From contig JAJEEM010000044.1 in the NCBI GenBank assembly GCA_022820995.1, positions 2,027 to 66,026 on the forward strand: 64,000 nucleotides of DNA, given 5' to 3'. This DNA comes from Gemmatimonadota bacterium (GTDB lineage Bacteria; Gemmatimonadota; Gemmatimonadetes; Palauibacterales; Palauibacteraceae). A program made the position numbers and the translations under genes. This document shows, one piece after another, positions 57,565 through 64,000 of the stretch. The first letter of the stretch is position 1, and each line of letters opens with the position of its first letter. The notes under the pieces were generated by a model. It worked only from the letters and a program-made list of their open reading frames with translations, did not search any database and was not told the origin of the DNA.

Positions 57565-58846
57565 GACGCTGAGGGAGCGAGCGGCGGGCGTACGGGCGGC
57601 GCAACGCACCATCGGGAGCGCCCCGGCGGAGCGCCGGACGGCGGCGCTGCGCGCGCTGAAGGACGTATTGGTCCGGTCTCGCGCCGAGATTGCCCGGGCG
57701 AACGACGAGGACCTGGCGCGCGCCGCGGAGGAAGGGCTCTCCGGATCGCTCCTCCATCGGCTGGGGCTCCCGGACGCCAAGTTCGAGAGCCTGCTCGAGG
57801 GGATCGACGCGCTGGTCGAGGGCGAGGATCCGATCGATCGCGTTCTCACCCGCACGGAACTCGATGACGGTCTCGTCCTCGAGCGCGTGCGCAGCCCGCT
57901 CGGCGTGCTCCTCATCATCTTCGAGAGCCGGCCCGACGCGGTGATCCAGATCGGGTCGCTCGCCATCCGCTCCGGCAACGGGGTCATCATGAAGGGCGGC
58001 CGCGAGGCGGCGCGCTCGAACGAGGTGCTCGTCGGCTGCCTGCAGCAGGCGCTTGAGGAGGCCGGCCTCGATCGCCGCGCCGTCCTCGGCGTCCCGGACC
58101 GGCGGGATGTCGACGAACTGCTCGCCCTCGACGACCTCATCGACCTCGTGATCCCGCGGGGGTCGGGTGCGCTGGTGCGCTCGATCCAGGAGCGGAGCCG
58201 GATCCCGGTGCTGGGCCACGCGGAGGGCGTGTGCCACCTCTACGTGGACGCCTCGGCGGATCCGGAGATGGCCGTGCGGCTCGCCGTGGATGGAAAGTGC
58301 GACTACCCGGCGGCGTGCAACGCGACCGAGACGCTGCTCGTGCACGGATCGTTCCTCCCGAGGCTGGGACCGATCGGCGAGGCGCTCCGCGAGCGCGGCG
58401 TCGAACTCCGCTGCGACGAGCCCTCCCGCCGGGTCCTGCCGTGGGCCGAGGCCGCATCCGAGGAGGATTGGGGACTCGAATTCGGCGACCTCACGCTGGC
58501 CGTGCGGACCGTGGCCGGCCTGGAAGAAGCCATCGACTTCATTCACACGTACGGGAGCAGCCACACGGACGCGATCGTGGCCGAAGACGGGGAAGTCGCG
58601 GAGCGGTTCCTGAAGGCGGTCGACGCGGCGAGCGTGTTCCACAACGCGAGCACCCGCTTCGCCGACGGGTTCCGCTACGGTCTCGGGGCCGAGGTGGGAA
58701 TCAGCACGGCCCGCATCCACGCGCGCGGACCGGTCGGTGTCGAAGGCCTCCTGACGACGCGCTGGCTACTGCGCGGCGGGGGGCAAGGAGCCGCCGACTA
58801 CGGCCCCGGCAAACGGGCCTTCACGCACCGCGCCCTCGACTGCTAG
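57557..58846 (+). CDS. proA: Gamma-glutamyl phosphate reductase
   Basis: 429 aa with the ALDH-like catalytic region CNATETLLVH. It overlaps the proB 3' end by 8 nt. Confidence 0.85.
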   Translation: MPETLRERAAGVRAAQRTIGSAPAERRTAALRALKDVLVRSRAEIARANDEDLARAAEEGLSGSLLHRLGLPDAKFESLLEGIDALVEGEDPIDRVLTRTELDDGLVLERVRSPLGVLLIIFESRPDAVIQIGSLAIRSGNGVIMKGGREAARSNEVLVGCLQQALEEAGLDRRAVLGVPDRRDVDELLALDDLIDLVIPRGSGALVRSIQERSRIPVLGHAEGVCHLYVDASADPEMAVRLAVDGKCDYPAACNATETLLVHGSFLPRLGPIGEALRERGVELRCDEPSRRVLPWAEAASEEDWGLEFGDLTLAVRTVAGLEEAIDFIHTYGSSHTDAIVAEDGEVAERFLKAVDAASVFHNASTRFADGFRYGLGAEVGISTARIHARGPVGVEGLLTTRWLLRGGGQGAADYGPGKRAFTHRALDC

Positions 58847-59005
58847 CCCTGGAGTGGGCCCTGGAGCTGGCCCATGCGGCGCCCGCCCCGCCACCGACCG
58901 CCATGAACCCGATCCTCCAGATCGAGCCCAGGTCTACGACCTGATCGATCAGCAGCAGGACGACGAACCCCGCAGCAGCCCATGCTGCAAAACTGCGGAC
59001 ACGCA

Positions 59006-59797
59006 CTAGGACGAGATCCGGCGGGCGCGGACGTTGCGGTACCAGACGGGGTCTCCGTGGTCCTGCAGGCCGAGGTGGCCTTCGTGGTGGCGGCCGTAGT
59101 CGGGCCACTGGATGAACTTGCTTCCCGCCACCAGCGCCTCCCATTCGGGCGAAGCGATCTCGTACTCGACGACCTGCACGCCGTTGAGCCAGTGCACGAC
59201 CTGGTTGCCGTGGCGGACGATCCGCACCTCGTTCCATTCGCCGACCGGACGCGTCACATCCTCCGGCGGCGCGTGCAGGCCGTAGTTCGACCCCGCCGAG
59301 GTGAGCGGATCGCCCCCGTCGTAGTGCCCCGCGTTGTCGAGAACCTGCATCTCCGGTCCGGACTGGAAGGCGCTCTCCGTGCTCTCCACGATACCGAAGA
59401 AAATCCCGCTGTTGCCTCCCTCGTCGACCTTCCACTCGAGGCGCAGATCGAAGTCGGCGTAGGTGTCGCGCGTGATCAGCGTGCCGCCCCCGACGCCCGG
59501 CGTGAAGGCGAGCGCCCCGTCCTTCGCGCTCCAGCCCGCCGGGACATCCTCCATCTGAAACCCGCGCCACGCGTCGACCGACTCCCCGTCGAACAGGAGC
59601 TCGAAGCCTTCGGCAGCCTCCTCGGCCGAGAGCCGGTTCGCAGCCGCCTGCGTGTCAAAGGCAGCATCGGAAGCGTCTTCTTCCGCCGGTTGCGATCCGG
59701 CTTCCGCTGGTCCGCATGCGGTTGACGCACCGATGACCAAGGCGAATAAAGTGCATATGAGAGGGGGCGGTACGAACGGATAGGTGTGTCGTCTCAC
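59006..59797 (-). CDS. Secreted DUF1080 domain protein (laminin-G-like / 3-keto-disaccharide hydrolase family)
   Basis: About 264 aa from a GTG with a signal peptide. It has FELLFDGESVDAWRG...WSAKDGAL...GNSGIFF...LQDHGDPVWYRNV, which is typical of DUF1080. Confidence 0.6.
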   Translation of the reverse strand: MRRHTYPFVPPPLICTLFALVIGASTACGPAEAGSQPAEEDASDAAFDTQAAANRLSAEEAAEGFELLFDGESVDAWRGFQMEDVPAGWSAKDGALAFTPGVGGGTLITRDTYADFDLRLEWKVDEGGNSGIFFGIVESTESAFQSGPEMQVLDNAGHYDGGDPLTSAGSNYGLHAPPEDVTRPVGEWNEVRIVRHGNQVVHWLNGVQVVEYEIASPEWEALVAGSKFIQWPDYGRHHEGHLGLQDHGDPVWYRNVRARRISS

Positions 59798-59943
59798 GGA
59801 GGAACTCCCGGTTCCGAACCAGGTTGCGTGGGCTCGTGTCACGGTAGACTCGGGGCACGACCGACACAACCACGCGGGGCCCGCAACAGTTAGCTTGTCC
59901 GTGCAGGATGCGGTACGCTGCTCCAAGGCAAGAAGGGGGTGCC

Positions 59944-60150
59944 ATGCTGTCCATACAGCTTCCAGAAGAGATCGAAGCGCGACTCGACCGCCTCGCCAGG
60001 AAGACGGGCCGCACCAAGAGCGACTACGCGTGTGAAGCCATCCTCGAGAAAATCGAGGATATGGAAGACGTGTATCTGGCCGAGCAGGTCCTGGATCGCA
60101 TCCAGGAGGGAGCTGAACAGGTCATAAGCGCTGACGAGGTATATCGATAG
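59944..60150 (+). CDS. Ribbon-helix-helix antitoxin-like protein (ParD/CopG type), no cognate toxin adjacent
   Basis: 68 aa with the RHH N-terminus MLSIQLPEEIEARLDRLARKTGRTKSDYACEAILEKI. Convergent and divergent neighbours leave no room for a toxin ORF. Confidence 0.5.
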   Translation: MLSIQLPEEIEARLDRLARKTGRTKSDYACEAILEKIEDMEDVYLAEQVLDRIQEGAEQVISADEVYR

Positions 60151-60166
60151 CGTACGCGCACCTCCA

Positions 60167-61402
60167 CTAGCGGCGGCCGCCGGCGATGCGGGCGGCTTCG
60201 GGGCGGCGTCGCAGGGCGAGCATGCTCCAGGTGCCGAGGGCCGGGCCGATGGCGAGGGGCGCGAAGGCCCACTCCCAGCCGATCCACGACTCCCAAACCG
60301 GGATGAGGCGGATCGTGGCGATCGTGAGCAGGAAGCCGATCGCAGTCTGCAGCGTGAGGGCGGTGCCGACGTACTCGGGTTCGGCGAGTTCGCTCACGCA
60401 GGCGGAGAACTGCGCGGAGTCGGCGACGATCGCGAACCCCCACACGAGACAAACCGCCGCGATCGGCCACACCGAGCCTCCGAACAGCGGTCCGATGGCG
60501 AGACAGCAGGCGCCGCTCACGACCATGCTCCAACTCGTGACGGCCGTCCGTCCGAAACGGTCGGCGAGGACGCCCGCCGCGGCCGCGCCCAGTCCTCCGG
60601 CCGCGATCGTCCCGAAGGCCAGGTACGAGGCGAGGGGCGCCGTCGTGCCCGCGCTCGCGTCCGCCGCGAAACTCGCCGCCAGGAAGGCGGGGATCCACGT
60701 CCACACGGCGAAGAGTTCCCACATGTGTCCGAAGTAGCCGCCGTTGGCGAGCATCGTCGCCCGGTCGGCGAAGATGCGCCGCGCGGCGCGGGGATCGAAG
60801 GGCGCGGCCGGCGCCTGGTGGGGACCCGCGCGGAGCCCGGTCGCGGCGAGAACGGCCGCCATGACGGCGAAGCCCGAGGCGAGCAGGAGCACGGGCTGCC
60901 AGGCACCGATTCCTCCGAGCGGCCGCAGCAGGTGGGGCAGCGCGCTCCCGACCGCGAGGGCGCCGATGAGGACTCCGATCGCCATCCCGCGTCCGGCGCG
61001 GAACCAGCCGGCGACCATCTTCATCCCGGGCGGATAGACCCCCGCCAGCGCGACCCCCGTCACGAACCGCAGCACGACGGTGAGGGCGAGTCCGTCTGCG
61101 AACAGGGCGATCGCCGCGGTGGCAGCCGCGCCGAGCAGGGCCGACCCGGCGATGAGGCGGCGCGGATCCCACACGTCGGACAGCGTGAGCAGCGCCGAGA
61201 GGACCGCGCCCGCGGCGAAGCCGAGTTGCACGGAGGTCGTGAGCCAGGCCGCCCCGGCGTCGTCGAGCCCCCACGCGTCGCGCAACTCCGGCACGACGGC
61301 GCTTGCCGAGAACCAGAGGCTCATCGCGAGCAGATCGACCAGCGCGAGGAGCGCGAGTTGACCCGCTCTCCGCGAACCGGTGTCCGAGGAGGGCGGGGTC
61401 AT
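60167..61402 (-). CDS. MFS transporter
   Basis: About 411 aa with 12 predicted TM helices. The start at M24 was chosen to avoid overlap with the acs 3' end. Confidence 0.6.
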   Translation of the reverse strand: MTPPSSDTGSRRAGQLALLALVDLLAMSLWFSASAVVPELRDAWGLDDAGAAWLTTSVQLGFAAGAVLSALLTLSDVWDPRRLIAGSALLGAAATAAIALFADGLALTVVLRFVTGVALAGVYPPGMKMVAGWFRAGRGMAIGVLIGALAVGSALPHLLRPLGGIGAWQPVLLLASGFAVMAAVLAATGLRAGPHQAPAAPFDPRAARRIFADRATMLANGGYFGHMWELFAVWTWIPAFLAASFAADASAGTTAPLASYLAFGTIAAGGLGAAAAGVLADRFGRTAVTSWSMVVSGACCLAIGPLFGGSVWPIAAVCLVWGFAIVADSAQFSACVSELAEPEYVGTALTLQTAIGFLLTIATIRLIPVWESWIGWEWAFAPLAIGPALGTWSMLALRRRPEAARIAGGRR

Positions 61403-61451
61403 GGGCGTCGGCGTCGGCGAGCGGACGGTGGCGTGGCTGGGTTCCTTCCGG

Positions 61452-63437
61452 TCAGCCCTCGCTATCGGCAAATTGTTGCTGCAGGCTTCTCACCACGGCG
61501 GGATCGGCGAGCGTCGTCGTGTCGCCCAGCGCGCGTCCCTCCGCCACGTCGCGCAGGAGGCGCCGCATGATTTTCCCGCTCCGCGTCTTGGGCAGCTCGG
61601 CGGCGAAGATGAGGTCGGCCGGCCGCGCGATCGCGCCGATCTGCGCCGCGACGTGCCCGCGCAGTTCCTGGCGCAGCGCCTCGGAGGTCTCCGTCCCCTC
61701 CACCACGCTCACGAACGCGGCCACCGCCTGTCCCTTGATCTCGTCCGAACGCCCCACGACCGCGGCCTCCGCCACGGCCTCGTGGTCGACGAGCGCGGAC
61801 TCCACCTCCATGGTCCCGATCCGGTGGCCGGCCACGTTCAGCACGTCGTCGACGCGCCCCATGATCCAGTAGTAGCCGTCCTCATCCACCCGCGCCCCGT
61901 CGCCCGGGAAGTAGATGTCGGGCCACTTCGACCAGTACGTCTCGCGGTAGCGTTCCTCGTCTCCCCACACCCCCCGCAGCATCCCCGGCCACGGCGAGGT
62001 GATCGCCAGGTAGCCGGACTCCGCCGGGTTCCCCTCCTCGTCGAGAATCGCCGCCTCGATGCCGGGGAAGGGGACCGTCGCCGTCCCCGGCTTCGTGGTG
62101 ATCGCCCCGGGAAGCGGCGTGATCATGATCCCGCCCGTCTCCGTCTGCCACCACGTGTCGACGATGGGACAGCGGCCGCCGCCGATGTGGCGGTCGTACC
62201 ACACCCAGGCCTCCGGGTTGATGGGTTCGCCCACCGTCCCGAGCAGCCGGAGCTTCGAGAGGTCGTAGCCCGCCGGCCAGTCGTCCCCCCACCGCATGAA
62301 CGCCCGGATCGCCGTCGGCGCCGTGTAGAACACCGTCACCGCGTAGCTCTCGCACAGGTCCCAGAAGCGGCCCCGGTCGGGCCAGTCGGGCGATCCCTCG
62401 TACATCACCACCGTCGCCCCGTTCGCGAGCGGGCCGTACACGATGTAGGAGTGGCCCGTCACCCAGCCGACATCAGCCGTGCACCAGTAGATGTCGTCCT
62501 CCCTGAGGTCGAACACCCACTTCGCGGTCGCGGTCACGTGCGTCATGTAGCCGCCGGTCGTGTGCATCACGCCCTTCGGCTTCCCCGTCGTCCCGGAGGT
62601 GTAGAGGATGTAGAGCAGGTCCTCCGAATCCATCGGCTCGGCGGGGCAATCGGCGTCCGCCGCGGCGACCAGTTCGTGATACCAGTGGTCGCGGCCTTCG
62701 GTCATCTCGCAGGACGGCGTGTCCACCCGGTCTCCGTGGGGCGCGGCCTCGGGGTCGGTCGCGGCGGAGCGCTGGACGACGACGACGTTCTTCACGTAGT
62801 CGAGACCGTCAATGGCCGCGTCCGTGCTCGCCTTGAGCGGGATGATCCCGCCGCGGCGATATCCCCCGTCCGCCGTGATCACGCACGTGGCGTGGGCGTC
62901 CTCGATCCGGTCGCGGAGGGACTGCGGCGAGAAGCCTCCGAAGACGACGGAATGCGGCGCCCCGATGCGCGCGCATGCGAGCATGGCGATGGCCGCCTCC
63001 GGGACCATGGGCAGATAGATCGCGACCCGGTCCCCCTTCCCGATGCCGAGCCCCTTGAGCGCGTTCGCGAACCGGCCTGCCTCCTCATGCAACTCGCGGT
63101 AGGTGTAGCGCCGTACGTCTCCCGGCTCGCCCTCCCAGATGAGCGCCGTCTTCGAACCGCGCGTCTCCAGGTGGCGGTCGAGGCAGTTGTGCGCGGCGTT
63201 GAGGGTGCCGCCGACGAACCACTTCGAGAAGGGAGGAGCCCATTCCAGCACCGTGTCCCACGGCGTGAACCAGTCGAGCCGGCGCGCCCACGCCTCCCAG
63301 TACGCTTCGCGGTCCCGGCCGGCCTCGTCGTACGGGCCGCGATCGCCCACGTGGGCGGCCGCGACGAAGTCCGCCGACGGCTCGAAAGTCCTCTGTTCGT
63401 CCAGCAGGACGTCGATTTCCCGGTGCTGTTCGGTCAT
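61452..63437 (-). CDS. acs: Acetyl-CoA synthetase (AMP-forming)
   Basis: 661 aa with the AMP-binding motif [18 protein letters not shown] and the C-terminal [11 protein letters not shown]. Confidence 0.85.
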   Translation of the reverse strand: MTEQHREIDVLLDEQRTFEPSADFVAAAHVGDRGPYDEAGRDREAYWEAWARRLDWFTPWDTVLEWAPPFSKWFVGGTLNAAHNCLDRHLETRGSKTALIWEGEPGDVRRYTYRELHEEAGRFANALKGLGIGKGDRVAIYLPMVPEAAIAMLACARIGAPHSVVFGGFSPQSLRDRIEDAHATCVITADGGYRRGGIIPLKASTDAAIDGLDYVKNVVVVQRSAATDPEAAPHGDRVDTPSCEMTEGRDHWYHELVAAADADCPAEPMDSEDLLYILYTSGTTGKPKGVMHTTGGYMTHVTATAKWVFDLREDDIYWCTADVGWVTGHSYIVYGPLANGATVVMYEGSPDWPDRGRFWDLCESYAVTVFYTAPTAIRAFMRWGDDWPAGYDLSKLRLLGTVGEPINPEAWVWYDRHIGGGRCPIVDTWWQTETGGIMITPLPGAITTKPGTATVPFPGIEAAILDEEGNPAESGYLAITSPWPGMLRGVWGDEERYRETYWSKWPDIYFPGDGARVDEDGYYWIMGRVDDVLNVAGHRIGTMEVESALVDHEAVAEAAVVGRSDEIKGQAVAAFVSVVEGTETSEALRQELRGHVAAQIGAIARPADLIFAAELPKTRSGKIMRRLLRDVAEGRALGDTTTLADPAVVRSLQQQFADSEG

Positions 63438-63602
63438 GGAGTCGCTCGAATCGGAGGGGAGGAACCGACGGTCGCGCTTGTCACGGAGCCGCCGGGTGCG
63501 CCATCTAGTGAGCCGGCCGAGGGCCGCCCGGCGTGACAGTAGACGACGCCCGGCGGCGCAGGCAAGAACCCGGCGCCCCGGCGCGACGAAGCACGGAGTT
63601 TC

Positions 63603-63911
63603 ATGACCGAAGACACGGTGGCCCGGATCCTGATCATCGCCGGCTCCCTGGGCGCGCTCCTCGCCCTCGCCTTCGGCATCTGGGTGGGGCTGGGCTCTCC
63701 GGGCCTCTACGACAGGCACGCGCCGACGGGAAGGGCGCCGCGCGAATCGCCCTGGCGCTGGTTGCTGGGAGGCCGGCAGCGCGCCCGTTCGAGCCGCTTC
63801 GACGCCGTGATGCGGGATGCGGAAGTCGAAGAGGGGGAAGAAGAGGCGGAAGAGCCCGAGCGGTACTCATCGAAGCCGGACTTCAGCCGGGGGCGTCGCT
63901 TCAGACGATGA
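63603..63911 (+). CDS. Small hypothetical membrane protein
   Basis: 102 aa with one N-terminal TM helix, then a charged E-rich tail. Support is weak. Confidence 0.3.
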   Translation: MTEDTVARILIIAGSLGALLALAFGIWVGLGSPGLYDRHAPTGRAPRESPWRWLLGGRQRARSSRFDAVMRDAEVEEGEEEAEEPERYSSKPDFSRGRRFRR

Positions 63912-63921
63912 GTCCGGGGCG

Positions 63922-64000
63922 GTGAACTCGGCGGCGGACCGCCACGGACGCGTGCGCCGCATACTCCTGTGGGTGCTGCTCGCGAACGTGGCGGTGATCG
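63922..64000 (+). CDS. Possible 5' end of a membrane-protein gene (runs off the window)
   Basis: GTG start; the translation (...RRILLWVLLANVAVI) looks like an N-terminal TM segment. It is open to the window edge. Confidence 0.2.
   Translation, partial: MNSAADRHGRVRRILLWVLLANVAVI

Noticed and set aside
1-64000. CRISPR arrays, transposases, integrases, phage structural genes
   Set aside because: No regularly spaced repeats and no IS-type or integrase ORFs were found. The only mobile-element-like module is vapBC.

Overview
This is a high-GC (by eye about 70%) bacterial chromosomal window, densely coded on both strands. As expected at this GC content, many spurious long ORFs run antisense to real genes. 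I called about 55 features. No rRNA, tRNA, CRISPR array, transposase or integrase was seen. The centrepiece is a minus-strand cluster at ~6.8–15.7 kb with every hallmark of the quinohemoprotein amine dehydrogenase (QHNDH, qhp) system. It has a radical-SAM/SPASM maturase, a 110-aa Cys-rich precursor for the gamma subunit, a small subtilisin-like protease, a peptide-type ABC exporter, a diheme cytochrome c alpha subunit, a beta-propeller subunit and a flavin monooxygenase. To an automated tool it looks like a RiPP gene cluster, but it encodes an enzyme carrying a peptide-derived cysteine tryptophylquinone cofactor with Cys-to-Asp/Glu thioether cross-links. Gene order here is G-A-D-C-B-F-E. That is rearranged relative to the Paracoccus qhpADCBEFGR order, and there is no AraC-type qhpR. 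A lipoprotein gamma-glutamyltranspeptidase is packed onto the 3' end (4-nt gap). Secreted NHL-repeat, lectin-like and HupE/UreJ-fusion genes lie upstream on the same strand. Other notable points: three genes (qhpG, pyrE, a Tat-secreted PhoX-like protein) have no in-frame ATG/GTG/TTG and appear to start at CTG, each just after an in-frame upstream stop or a strong SD. There are tandem NHL-repeat paralogs, and tandem paralogs of a signal-peptide protein that is only a TonB-receptor N-terminus (CarbopepD_reg + plug, no barrel). An AT-rich palindrome overlaps the start of a DUF4143 AAA+ ATPase gene. A vapBC pair has an AT-rich repeat operator. Paired 24-bp direct repeats lie upstream of a beta-lactamase-family gene. 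The rest is housekeeping: pncA/pncB, nfuA, pyrE, fur, fumC, proBA, acs, a gld-type ABC-2 transporter, sugar isomerase/oxidoreductase genes and an S9 peptidase.
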